DNA of 64,000 nt from Octopus vulgaris (GCA_951406725.2 OX597826.1:34720001-34784000); one strand, 5' to 3'. Numbered from the stretch's first letter, positions 28,476-41,317 are shown. The notes: a model not told the origin generated them from the sequence alone. Made by a program: numbers and translations.

Positions 28476-29002
28476 TAGGTCATATTACATATAGGATATA
28501 TATCTTTGTGACCGAATGAATAATAAATTAACACAAGATACAATGGATGAATCCCTCTGTATATAGATACAGACATTTTGGTGAGAAGATATGCAGATAG
28601 AAAGGGTTATAGCGGCATAGAGCCCAAATAGTATTGTGCCATTTGATAACATTTATATTGAAGACGTATTTATTAATTAGTCTAAAAAACTAACAGATGT
28701 CTGGTCAGAAAGTATAGCAGTAATTAGATATTAATTTCTGTTTACAGAGGAAGGTGGCATGATGGCAAAACATTCAAGACGTCGAACAAAATGATTAGCG
28801 GCATTTCGTGTTTTTTCTGTACTAGTCATGTACTGGAGATCATGCAATCAACTAGCCTTACTCACCTAAATAACAGTTGGTTCTCTGCCAAAATTTTAAA
28901 CCAACATCCGTATACAGACGATCATAAATAAACTTGGATGCTTATTTCTAGAATAACTTCAAACAATAATATTCAAAGAGCGAGAGAGACAGACAGAGAC
29001 AA

Positions 29003-29045
<43 letters not shown>

Positions 29046-31308
29046 GAGAGAGAGACAGAGACAGGGAGGGAGAGAAACAGCCAGACAGGTAGACAGACAG
29101 AAAACAAAGTAAAGAAATTAAGAGGGCGTGAATAGGATAAAAGGATTGAGTTCAAAACAACATAAGCAGGTTTAATTGGAAGTAACAAAGGATACATATG
29201 CATCTAAAATGGCTTATCGATCTAAGAACTCGTTTTCTTCTCGACAAAATTAATTTTGAAGTCCAAAACAAGTAGCTGAATTCATCCAAGTGTCTCCGTA
29301 TTAATCTATTAATTCGGTCACGGAAAAATTATTGTTGGTCACATATGGCTTAGTATTGCATAGTCATTATGTATATTTATTTTCTTGATTTTTGAATAAT
29401 TCATCTGAACCATATTTAGCTGAAACGGTCGTAGCCAAAGAATATGTGTCTCTATATGTGTATGTGTGCACGTGTGTGTGCGCGTGCGGTATATATACAT
29501 ACACTTATATATATATATATACATATATACACATATATGCATACATATATACACATATATATGTATACACACACATATATCCATACATATATACACATAC
29601 ATATACATATGTGCATATATGTGCGTGTGTGTGTGAGTGAGTGTGTATGTGTGTGTGTGTGCGTGTGTGTGTGTGTGTGAACACAGAAATGAGATAAATG
29701 TTTGCAAAAGCTATTGAGTAATACAGGCAAAAAGCAAATCAAGTATGTAAGGTGCTACCAATAAAGGATAAGGAAAAGGAATGGTATCATCTTGCAAATA
29801 TTTAATGGTCTTACAACACTTCGGAGAAAATTTACTTTTTTTCATTTGCAAAGGAGAATATAGTCAAAATGCCCGGAGAAACGTGCTTGCCGATAGGCCA
29901 TTCTGTGTACTCATATATTAGTTTGTGTACTCATATATTAGTGGAGTTGTTTGGTTGAGTTAGTTACACCAGCAGTAGGACATATACTGTAGGAATAGTA
30001 GGTGAGATGACCTGAAAATTTAGTGCATTTAAAGGGCAGACGGAAATTGTAACTCAAAAATAGCTGAGCTTTAAGTTAAAGTTAGTCAGTTGTTACCGTT
30101 TTAAAGATTCCTTACAAAGGGTTGTTTTCTGATGTTTGGTAAATGATTTGATTATTGCAAAATGATTAAATACATGTGAAATTAATGAATTCAAAACATT
30201 CTTAAGCAGTTCCCACTTACCTCTGTGACAAACTTTTTTCATCTCTCATGTAACACAATTAAACATTGTTTCACCTAATTCTCAAACAGCATGGCCAGCC
30301 CACATTCTCTTGCGCTTTTTTAAACCCACTTTTCAATGAGAATGTTTAAGCTTAAATTGCGTAAAGAAGGACTCATTTCAAATGATTATAAGTGAACATG
30401 TAAGCACGATTTAGTGATCATTGTTAAATACATCAACACTCTTACAATAACTTGTGGTAAATCGAAAAAGGTCCGCAAAAGTCTCATACTGATTTCGTGA
30501 TGAGGGACAGAACTTTATGATTATTGCGTTGGAGAGACGCAACGTATTTTTGATGCAATTAACTCCTGTAAAAAAGCTGGGAGTAAGTTATTTGAAGTTG
30601 CATAGAAAAGAAGGCAGAACAGGAACTCAACTAAAGTCAGCTCCAAAATACAAACTACACAACTCCTGAAAATTTGATGTATATTTTCCCTGCTAATTGG
30701 TATCAAGACCGTTATATTTAAATACACTTATGGCAAGTGATTTGCAAGGCAGGAACTTCCTGATTTATTTCCAGAAATATTATACCACAGAGTGTATTAT
30801 CCAAGGTGTATAGTTTTAGATTGTCAGGTTAAAATTTCAACACCATTTAGATGATATTTTGAAGATGTAGGGCGATCAAATCGGGCTCCGAAATTGGCTT
30901 GTTATATATATGTTTGTAGAGATAAGTAATTTTGTCAAACATGATAATTAATACAATAGCTGATGTTATGAGTAATTTCTCCTGATTAACATTTTGCGTA
31001 AAGGACCGTACATATATTTACATCTAATGAATGTTTAGAAACATAAATATTTAATATTCATATGGAGAAATAGAAACAAACGATCAGAAGTGTAAGAAAT
31101 TGTTCGTCTGGGCACCGGTTAAACATCAATAATAACTGGTGTGCTAACAAAGTGTGTAAATGAATAAATATCCATTGAAAAATATTGTACTGTATGTTAT
31201 ATAAATATATCGACACATGATGGCCAGCTACATTGTCATGGTAATCTAGTAGATAAAATTATATCGTTTACCTTGCCTGCACAACAAGTTCAAATTTCAC
31301 TCGGCATC

Positions 31309-31714
31309 GTGGCACTCCGTTGGTCACGATGACGAGGGTTCCATTTGATCCAATCAATGGAACAACCTACTCATGAAATTAACGTGTAAGTGGCAGAGTA
31401 CTCCACAGACATGTGTACCCTTAATGTAGTTCTCGGGAAGATTCAGCGTGACACAGAGTGTGACAAGGCTGGCCCCTTTGGAATACAGGTACAACAGAAA
31501 CAGGAAGAAAGAGTGAGAGAAAGTTGTGGTGAAAGAAAGAGTGAGAGAAAGTGTGTGCGTGTGTCTATGTTTGTCAGGGTTCGCCACCAACTCCTGTCAC
31601 AGCCTCGTGGAGCTTTAAGTGTTTTCGCTCATTAAACCCTCACAACACCCGGTTTGGGAATCGACACCACGATCCTACGACCGCGAGTTTGCTGCCCTGG
31701 GCCATTGCGTTTCC
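31309..31714 (-). mobile_element. tRNA-headed SINE family C
   Basis: Minus-strand head GCAATGGCCCAG...GGTGTCGATTCCC (A/B-box-like); 3' body shared with 15817-16090. Confidence 0.75.
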
Positions 31715-32368
31715 TCACTCGTTATACTCTGGATATAAAGATAGGCCAAAACTGTGATTCGCTTGGGAAGTCCTTAAGCGTTAGTGCAAGTATTTTAAGT
31801 AAGTTAGTTGGCAAAAGAAAATGTAAGGGGAATTTGTAAGCGTATGTGCGCAACGTACAAACGTCACGCATACACATACATAGTTAGACACTCGGGTACT
31901 GCAAACGTTACATATAGGTGTACCTGAGAGAAAGGATGTGGGAGGGATACAATGCGCTTATTTAAGATAGTGTGTATATACATATATATATATGAATATG
32001 TATCATTCATTATTAATATATATAACCACGCACACACATACACACACACACGAGGTGAAGGCTTGTGGCATTTGGTAAATCTATCGAATATGATGTTGAC
32101 GAAGGAAATCAAGCAATTTCTAGCTTGTGATCTAGAAACATGTTCATCATTAACGGTAAGAGATTGTTTTCGTTTAGTTGCTACTCACTCCGATTTTGCG
32201 TATGTGAATCGCAGGGTTTGTCGTATATGGAACCTCCACTTGTAGAAAATGGAAAAAAACAGTCTTTGACTGCCATTTCTAATTCCTTCGGTATGCGGCG
32301 AAGCAGCCTGTTGCCCGCCCTTTTAATTATTTTTACTATATATGTATACATATAGATAGATACATACA

Positions 32369-32415
<47 letters not shown>

Positions 32416-32857
32416 GTGCGCACGTACGTACGTACATGTATGTATATGAAATGACACAGAGGTAGAAGGAGCGAGACTAAAGATCAGAGTGTTACAGGAA
32501 TATATAGAGATCCGGCAAAAACGTCCAAAAGTGACGAGAAGCAAGCTCACCCGATGAAACATCCATACTGCAAATTGACGTAACATCTTACAAAACAAAC
32601 AGTTTCGTAAGCAGACAGCTAGTCGGGACTGCAATATAACTGCGCAAACACAAATTCACAGAGAGAAATGCGTCGGTGCATATTGTAAACTCTTGTAGGT
32701 GCGAGGCTCACTAAAACTGAAAGAGTCAATCAAAGGAAACTGTAACATTCTTTTCTTTCTTTCTGTTTTTCTCCTTCGAATTTACTTCATTAATTCTCCT
32801 CCTTCGTGTTGGTCTTCTTCAAATTCTTCAATTCGTCTTCGCCTCCTTCTTACTCAA

Positions 32858-33189
32858 TTCTTCTTCTTCTTCTTCTTCTTCTTCTTCTTCTTCTTCTTCT
32901 TCTTCTTCTTCTTCTTCTTCTTCTTCTTCTTCTTCTTCTTCTTCTTCTTCTTCTTCTTCTTCTTCTTCTTCTTCTTCTTTCTTCTTCTTCTTTTCTTCTT
33001 CTTCTTCTTCTCCTTCTTCTTCTTCTTCTTCTTCTTCTCCTTCTTCTTCTTTTTTCTTCTTCTTTTTTCTTCTCCTTCCTCTCCTTCTTCTTCTTCTTCT
33101 TCTTCTTCTCCTCCTCCTCCTTCTTCTTCTTCTTCTTCTTCTTCTTCTTCTTCTTCTTCTTCTTCTTCTTCTTCTTCTTCTCCTCCTCC
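32858..33189. repeat. 332-nt pure polypyrimidine tract starting with (TTC)40
   Basis: Direct reading: uninterrupted TTC from 32858 to 32977, and C/T only to 33189. Confidence 0.97.
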
Positions 33190-33759
33190 ATCTCCTACTT
33201 CTCCTCTACCACCTCCACCTCCTCCCATACCCTCCTCCACACTTCCTCCACCTCCTTCTTCACTCTAATGAGTCAAATTCAAGCAGAAAGAAGAAATGCT
33301 GAGAGAATTTATTTCATTAAATTCTATTCATACTGATGACAAAATAGTATTTTTTTTTTCATGCACCGTGATTAAATGGTAAGAGATATAATGCGTAGCC
33401 ATGACGCTGTGTATGCGCCAAAGTGTGCCTTTATACGCGATGAATTGTATAGCTTACGTATGAGTCTGTGTATTTCAATATATGTCAGTGCATCTGTAAG
33501 GTTATGTGCAACATGCACGTCTCACTGAATGGATGTATGCTAATGCACGAGCGTAGCTATTCATGCACATGTGTGTCTATGTGTGTGAAGAAATATGCGC
33601 GTGTCTATGTGTGCGTTTGGTGGCTGTATATGGTTGCTCCTTACTTCTGATTTAGTGTGTAGGTGTATGTATATATATATATATATATATGTATGCATGT
33701 ATGTATGTATGTATGCATATATAAATATACATACATATATATGCGCACATAAATTCATA

Positions 33760-33805
<46 letters not shown>

Positions 33806-34679
33806 CATACATACATATGTATATATATATGTGTATTTTATGTGCGTATATATATTGACATACAAATATATATGAGTGTGTGAGTGTGTGTAAGTGTGTC
33901 TATGTTTGTCAGTGAGTGAGTGAGTGTAAGAATACGGCTGTTAGTGGAAGCTAGTTATATACCGTACTTTATACAAATGAGACCATACATAGCAAGATAA
34001 CTGCAATGCCTTAAACCAAATGAGAACTGTATAATGCACTCCCTCCCTCCCTCCCTCCCTCTCTTGCTGTATGTTGAGTGCATGTGTCGCGTCTGATAAT
34101 ATGTGTGTGAGTATATGTGTGAGAGTGTAGCGGTGGTGGTGGTGTGTGTAGTTCACTTTAGATTTATATAATTCACTCTAGATCTATTTAGTTCATTAAG
34201 TATCCATGTAGTTCACTGTAAGAGCGTTAGAGAGCTGAGTTGAAAAATTACTGATGAAGTAATATGTTGTCGATATGTTGTTTGTGCCGACTCATCGACA
34301 GACAGCTCTGAATGACGAACAATCTACATAGATGTAAACATATTTTTGTTATTGTTACTGTTGTTGTTGAATGTTGTTGAATGAGCAGTTCTACGGATCA
34401 AAATATTTCCTACTTCGAATGTTCTATCATTTCAATGGTCAACGTTTACCTACGTTGTCAAATGTGTTCTCGATTTTTCAACATGTCATCGTTTAACTTT
34501 AGCTATTACATATAGCAGATCCATTCAGCTATCTATAACACATATAATAGAACGAAGCTCATGAATCCAATACATATTAGATAGAGAATATAGTGGTATT
34601 CCTGTATACTTTGAAGCTGTCGAATTATACGTTGGCTGCCATGGTGAGTGCAACTAGTTTTGTTGCTGTAACATTCGCT

Positions 34680-35160
34680 TTATGATATCCGAAAGGATGA
34701 AAGGCGAAGTCAACCTCGGCAGAACTTGAACTCACAACGTAGCGACGGGTGTAATACCTATTTCTTTACTACCCACAAGAGGCTAAACACAGAGATGACA
34801 AACAAGGACAGACAAAGGGGTTAAGTCGATTATATCGACTCCAGTGCGTAACTGGTATTTATTGAATCGACTCCGAAAGGATGAAAGGCAAAGTCGACCT
34901 CGGCTGAATACCGCTAAGCATTTCATCCAAGCAGGCTAATGATTCTGCTAGCTTGCCGCCTGGGATAATAATAACCCTTTCTTCTAAAGGCACAAAGCCT
35001 CAAATTTTGACAGGTAGGGGACTAGTGTAACTGGTACCTATTTAATTAACCCTCAAAAGTAAATTCGACCTCAGTAGAATTTGAACGCAGACCATAGCGA
35101 TATGCGAAATGCCGCTCAGCATCCCATCCAACAGGCTAACGATTCTGCCAGCTTGCCGGC
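34680..35160 (-). mobile_element. Cluster of three SINE family B copies; one 5'-truncated copy (34759-34906) nested in another
   Basis: Repeated CCGAAAGGATGAAAGGC.AAGTC.ACCTCGGC cores; AATACC duplicated at 34753-34758 and 34907-34912; third copy 34975-35160. Confidence 0.82.
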
Positions 35161-35394
35161 TTAAATGATAATAATAATAATAACAACAACAACAATAATA
35201 ATAATAATAATAATGATGATGAGTATTGAGTTAAAGCACTAGTTCCATAATAAGTGGTACTTTAGTGCCAACATATTACGACGGAGTTCTATGAGGGATA
35301 CTGGATAAGTGGTTATGGTATTCGTAAGCCGAATACCGTATGGTATTCGTAAGCCGAATACCGTATGTTCGATACTGGCGATGCATTGAAAATA

Positions 35395-35530
35395 CTTTTC
35401 CTTGTGGTAATTTGTGCATTTGATACAACACCTAAAATGTTACCTAATAGATTGAAAAAGACTGGAATCGAAACTGGCAGTAAAGTACTATCCAATATTC
35501 TGCAAGAATCCCAATGGTAATTATTAAGAT
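35395..35530 (+). mobile_element. Possible highly decayed R4/Dong 3'-ORF remnant between (AAT)n tracts
   Basis: Translates LVVICAFDTTPKMLPNRLKKTGIET, resembling the PVVIGALGT.PK.L C-terminal RLE motif seen more clearly at 54061-55385. Confidence 0.4.
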
Positions 35531-35663
35531 TTTAGAAAATGTGTTGTCACTAAACATCAAGAAAAAATAATTGCTACCTAAATTATAATAATAATAATAA
35601 TATTAATAATAATGATAATAATAATAATGATGATGATGATGATGATGATGATGATGTTGATGT

Positions 35664-35704
<41 letters not shown>

Positions 35705-36010
35705 GTTTCAAATTTTGGCACAAGCGCAGTAAATGCGAGGGAGGGCGGGGCCAGTCTATTACATCGATCCTAGTATTTATGTTTAAAATCCGATACTGAA
35801 TTTATCGGCGCCTGTATTGCCGAATGACTGAGCTACGGGGACACAAACAAACAAACGACGCTCTGTCAGGCGGTATGTTCGTGTGCATCACAGATGATAC
35901 AAAGACACGCATACATGCACAAAATACCCATATGTCATATATACGACGGATTTCTTTCAATTTCCGTCAAATACATACATATATATATATGTGTGTGCGT
36001 GTATGCACAT

Positions 36011-36091
<81 letters not shown>

Positions 36092-36118
36092 TTCGATTAT
36101 TAATTTGATTGCATACAT

Positions 36119-36157
<39 letters not shown>

Positions 36158-36160
36158 CAT

Positions 36161-36397
36161 ATAGATAAATGAAGAATGGTGTCGAACGACGATTTAACAA
36201 ACTTCCTTTATTCTCGTCATATGTTTCGAAGACTGCATATTCTTAATTCCGAAGGAATAAAGGGTGCATAATGCCGTCTTCTCATCAGGAAAGACAAGGA
36301 ACTTATGTCAGCATCATGACGAACAAAAACTTTTAGATGTCTGCCCACACAGAGTCCATAGTTAACCGAATTATCCATACTAGGATAATTCATTCAG

Positions 36398-36398
<1 letters not shown>
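36161..36398 (-). mobile_element. ~240-bp non-coding island embedded in (TA)n, carrying a hammerhead motif (Penelope-like pLTR or retrozyme-like relic)
   Basis: (TA)n on both sides; hammerhead core at 36212-36292. Confidence 0.6.
36212..36292 (-). ncRNA. Type I hammerhead ribozyme motif with long stem II, cleavage triplet mutated (GAC instead of GUH)
   Basis: Minus strand: UUUC-CUGAUGA-GAAGAC-[42 nt internal hairpin]-GUCUUC-GAAA-CAUAUG-AC-GAGA. Confidence 0.7.
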
Positions 36399-36452
<54 letters not shown>

Positions 36453-36730
36453 TAACTAGCTGCAAAATCTCAAGAAGAGACCAACGTAGAAATTATAAAG
36501 TCTATTGCCATTCAAGGTGGCTGTTCTATGTTACTACCAGCTCAATACTGGGTCAGTCTCGCAATCCTGTTACATGCTAGAGAATGGTAAGGGTTCGCTT
36601 CCCCGAATAGCAATATATATTTTATATAAAGGGTACAGCTACGCATTGGTAACCAGCTGCCGGAATATCTGCCTGGGGTTAAACTAGTAGTAACATGCAA
36701 CAGCCACTTTGATGTGAGGTCTGACTTTAC

Positions 36731-36775
<45 letters not shown>

Positions 36776-36778
36776 ATT

Positions 36779-36818
<40 letters not shown>

Positions 36819-36912
36819 GTTGAAATTTACATAAAAAGAAGACGAAGACGTGTATGAACAACAATCAGGTGTAATAGTTTGACGCTCGAGAAAGTGAGGA
36901 AGTCTTTTATAT

Positions 36913-36966
<54 letters not shown>

Positions 36967-36994
36967 AGATAGATAGATAGATAGATAGATAGAG

Positions 36995-37041
<47 letters not shown>

Positions 37042-37736
37042 AAGAAAATGTGTCTGAAAAGGCTGGATCAGGCTTTGCAACGGTAAAAAGAAATGGAACA
37101 AGAAGAAATATGAGCTTTCCGAAGAAAGATCAAAAGGGGACATTAACAAGTGTGATGACAAACATAGTAAGAAAATTAACTTATTGGTATGCTATTGTTC
37201 TGCATACACTGTGAAATTAATTTTATTCATGTATTTGTTTTTGCTTTGGGGTTTTTTCTTAAGATTCTAAATCCATTTGGATAGTGTTCTAACATAATAA
37301 AGTATTTTTGCTGTAGTTTACCATACAAAGCAGCTGAAATATTACATAAAAATTAATACATGGACATGCCATTACCGATAAAATGATAGAAACATACATA
37401 TATGTGCAACACATATGCATGTTATATAATCGTTCTTACTCCCTTTCTGTTTTTATGCCCTTATATATGTGCATGTGTTCCAATCTATCTATCTATCTAT
37501 CTAGTTTATCCATCTATCTACCTATCTATCTACCTTTGTTTCTATCTATTTGTTTATCTATCTATCTACTGTTAGACGCACGCACACACACAAACATACG
37601 CACACACAGCGCGCAGGATAATTCTAGGAAAACACGCAATCGTTAACCTCTGTGAAACAATACATCTATTCCTAAATGTATATAAACGACTAGAGCCTCT
37701 CCCCTCTCACTTTCTCTTCTTTCTCTTACGCCCTCT

Positions 37737-37769
<33 letters not shown>

Positions 37770-37861
37770 ACACTGTCTATCTATGTATCTATCTCCCTAA
37801 CAACGCACACACATGTCAGACACACATATACCTACAAACTCTCTCACTCACACACGCCTAT

Positions 37862-40068
37862 TAATAATAATAATAATAATAATAATTGTGTACAGTGCTC
37901 AGGTGCACTACAACTCATCTAAAGTGTATATATAATCAGGTGTAGTTTCGGCGGATTTCGGAAAGCATGAGGGCCTTAAAAGATGCAGTGTCATGGCAGT
38001 CAACAACTGACGCAGGCAGTTTATTCCATGCTTCAGCAACTCTGAGCGTGAAAAAATGTTTCCGAAAGTCATGGGAGCTGTATTGTTTTCTGACTTTGTA
38101 GGCATGTCCACGTGTGTTAGACACATGGAGATCAAAAAGGTGTTCAGTGTTGTTGTTGGTGAGGTGGTTGATAACTTTGTGGGTGTTTACCAAGTCCGTC
38201 GCCAAACGCCGGAGCTTCAGTGAATCCATGCCCAGGGAAACAAGGCGCTCAGAATATGGTAGGTGTCTGATGGAGGGTATGCGTTTGGTTGCACGTCTCT
38301 GGACATATTCTAGGAGGTCAATGTTCTGTGCAAGATAGGGGTTCCAAACTGATGATGCGAATTCCAAGTGTGGTCGTACCATAGCTGTATACAGTTTTAA
38401 ATAGATGGCTGGAGAGCGGCTAACAAAAGTCCTGCTGAGTGATGCCAAGACACCCTCGGTCTTCCTGACAATCTTAGAGATATGCTTTGACCAACGCAAA
38501 TCACTGCTGACAGTGATGCCTAGGTCACGCTCGCAAGAGGATTTCTTGATATCAGTGTTGTGGAGGGAGTATGTGAACGCAGGGTTTTTTCTCCCAAAAT
38601 GCATGGTGGTACACTTGTCCACAGCCAGTTTCAGTTGCCAGTCTGTGATCCATTGCTGCATTGTGTCTAGGTCTGATTGCAGGAAAGAGTTGTAGACATC
38701 AGGATCTGTCCTCTTGATTTCAAGGTACAGCTTGATGTCGTCTGCATATTTCAATACTGTGGAATTCTTTAAATTGGCATCTATGTCGTTAATGTATGCC
38801 ACAAACAAGAGGGGACCAAGGACAGATCCCTGTGGTACACCCGATGAGATCTCATATGGTGTAGAGTGCTGTCCTAGAACTGTGACTACCTCCTTTCGGC
38901 TGAGGATGAAGGATTTCAACCACTTAAAAAGGTCATCCCCAACACCCATTGCAGAGAGTTTCACCATAAGCCTTTTGTGTGGCACAGAGTTGAAAGCCTT
39001 AGCAAAGTCAAGGTAGACAACATCCACCCATGAGCCACTGTCAGTAATCTGAGTAATGTCCTCAAGGAACTCGACAAGCTGGTCACTGCAGCTGGAGTTA
39101 GGGACAAATCCATATTGTGAGGGTCGGATGAGACTGTGAGAGCTCCAGAAGTTCCAGAGTGTTTCTCTGACACACGATTCCATCAGTTTTGCAATACAGC
39201 TAGTGAGACTGACTGGGCGATAGTTGACAGGTGATGTGCGGTCGCCCTTTTTGAACAGAGGAATGACACTGGCAGTTTTCCACTGCTCCGGAGTAGCACC
39301 ATTGTTGAGACAGTACTGGAAGAAAATAGAAAGCTTGTGTAAAAGGAAGTGCCTGCCACGTTTGAGAAGCAGGTATGTAACTCCATCGAGACCAGGGGAG
39401 GCATAGTTGCGCTTATTTTGAAGGTGACGTCGCAGCATTGCAGGTGTAAATTCCATAGTTGTTATGGAGTTTGCTGTTAGTGATGGTGAAGATGGTACAT
39501 TTTGACTTTCAACAGTGAATATGTTTGCATAGCACTCGGCAATGAGTTCTGCGCATTCCTTGAGGTCGTCAGTGATCTGGTTTGTGTGAGGGTTGCGAAG
39601 AGGGCCCACTGGAGAGTGAGGTCTCTGCTTTGAGTGCACACATTTCCAGAAAACCTTGCTGTCAGGATTGGCTGCTATGCACTGTTCAAATTCAAGCACT
39701 GCTTTTTTTGTCACTGGCTTGAGATGGTTGGAGGATTTATTCCGCTTCTTCCTGTTGGTGTCTGATTTATGCAACCTGTATTCCCGTTCAGCAGTCCGAC
39801 GTTCCCTCCTGGCAAGTCGGACCGCTAAAGTTTCCCAAATTGCCCTTTTGGGGCGGTTCTTCTTTTTTTGTTTATGTGGCACTGATGCTGCACATGCTGC
39901 CCATATTGAGTCCAGGATACTCTGGAGTATAGTATTCACATCTCCAGAGTTGTAGAATTCACGCCAGTTTGGGTGCTGTAGTTCAGTGTGGTACAGGTTC
40001 CAATCTGCTCTCTTCCAATCGAAGGAAGCAGATTGGAGATGGTTCAGGTATTTCATGAAACAACTCAC
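37862..40068 (-). mobile_element. 5'-truncated CR1-clade LINE with (ATT)n 3' tail
   Basis: RT ORF, short 3' UTR with stem-loop AGTGC-ACCTGA-GCACT (37894-37909), then (ATT)8. The 5' junction is approximate and I found no TSD. Confidence 0.92.
37936..40068 (-). CDS. CR1-type ORF2 fragment: complete reverse transcriptase domain, APE endonuclease absent
   Basis: SPGLDG, PLFKKG, NYRPVSLTS, QYGF, YLDFAKAF, GVPQGSVLGP, YADD, ERDLG, VRPHLEFAS..W.P, VQRRATK, TRGH..K, FF..RV...WN.LP. No stops in 710 codons. The listed start is probably not authentic. Confidence 0.95.
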   Translation of the reverse strand: MSCFMKYLNHLQSASFDWKRADWNLYHTELQHPNWREFYNSGDVNTILQSILDSIWAACAASVPHKQKKKNRPKRAIWETLAVRLARRERRTAEREYRLHKSDTNRKKRNKSSNHLKPVTKKAVLEFEQCIAANPDSKVFWKCVHSKQRPHSPVGPLRNPHTNQITDDLKECAELIAECYANIFTVESQNVPSSPSLTANSITTMEFTPAMLRRHLQNKRNYASPGLDGVTYLLLKRGRHFLLHKLSIFFQYCLNNGATPEQWKTASVIPLFKKGDRTSPVNYRPVSLTSCIAKLMESCVRETLWNFWSSHSLIRPSQYGFVPNSSCSDQLVEFLEDITQITDSGSWVDVVYLDFAKAFNSVPHKRLMVKLSAMGVGDDLFKWLKSFILSRKEVVTVLGQHSTPYEISSGVPQGSVLGPLLFVAYINDIDANLKNSTVLKYADDIKLYLEIKRTDPDVYNSFLQSDLDTMQQWITDWQLKLAVDKCTTMHFGRKNPAFTYSLHNTDIKKSSCERDLGITVSSDLRWSKHISKIVRKTEGVLASLSRTFVSRSPAIYLKLYTAMVRPHLEFASSVWNPYLAQNIDLLEYVQRRATKRIPSIRHLPYSERLVSLGMDSLKLRRLATDLVNTHKVINHLTNNNTEHLFDLHVSNTRGHAYKVRKQYSSHDFRKHFFTLRVAEAWNKLPASVVDCHDTASFKALMLSEIRRNYT

Positions 40069-40707
40069 ATAATCATCTGCTTTTAAGCATTACGCGTAAT
40101 ACTGCATTCATATATGTTTCTACATGCATATTAAAGCTTTCACGTTCACGGGCACACTTATGGAAGTATCCACTAAAACACACACACACACAGCTATTCA
40201 GAAGAATCGTACACATGCACTTTTACGTATATTTCACACATAGACACATGCAACAAGCATCAACATCTCAAAATGATTTAAATCTCATACAACCAGAAGT
40301 TCTGCTTCTGCAAAACTTCGTATCAAAACAGTAAAAAAAATTTCCACATCAAGTGGAAACACATATATTTCTAGATAAAAACAATATGGATAAATTTGCG
40401 CCAGAACAACAGAAGCAATCCACTTGAAATTTTGTATATATGCAGAGTGTATTCTTATTAAAATGTGTTGATTCTGGTGTTATTTCGAATGTCTTTATAA
40501 TTTAGTTTTTAAAAAAATATATATATAAATTACCAAGTTTAAATCTGAAAATAGCATTAAAGAATACTTGAAATCTTCATTCGTTGTATTTTGCAAAATA
40601 TTTTTTTTTTTAATCAAGTCTTAGATTATTAAATTAAAACCGAAAGATTTTTTTTTTTTTTACCATTTTAAATCTCTTCAGAGTGTGCTTATACGATATA
40701 TACATAC

Positions 40708-40759
<52 letters not shown>

Positions 40760-40804
40760 CTGTGTGTGTGTGTGTATGTAAAATTAAATTTATAAAATAA
40801 CAAA

Positions 40805-40846
<42 letters not shown>

Positions 40847-41139
40847 TGAAAATTTAAATATTTATGTATATGTATATATGTATATATGTGTGTGTATGTA
40901 TATGTGCATATGTGCTTTTGCGCTTGTGAGTTTGCGTGTGTTTAACAACGACGGAAAACTCCGAAGCAAGTTTCCTGCATGTTCGATTCTCCATATTATG
41001 ATTTCTTCATTTAACTCCTTCACCTTGAAGTGTCCGCTAACTCCTACCACTGTAGTAGAAATGTTGCAACAGTTACGACTAGTACTAGTAGTAGTAACAG
41101 CAGCAACAGTGAGAGCAGATTTAGAAGTCGCGGGGCAAC

Positions 41140-41149
41140 AGCAGCAGCT

Positions 41150-41225
<76 letters not shown>

Positions 41226-41282
41226 CAGCAGCAGCAGCAGCAGCAGTGCAGTAGCAGCAGCAGCAGTGCAGTAGCAGCAGTG

Positions 41283-41313
<31 letters not shown>

Positions 41314-41317
41314 AGTG

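Noticed and set aside
30200-30800. Possible decayed Tc1 N-terminal region and a strong minus-strand donor at 30216-30221
   Set aside because: No convincing motif, TIR or open exon could be established by eye.
35314-35367. CRISPR-like palindromic direct repeat
   Set aside because: Only two units, no spacer, no cas genes, eukaryotic context.
38114-39955. Plus-strand ORFs of 60-100 aa
   Set aside because: Antisense shadows of the CR1 RT ORF.
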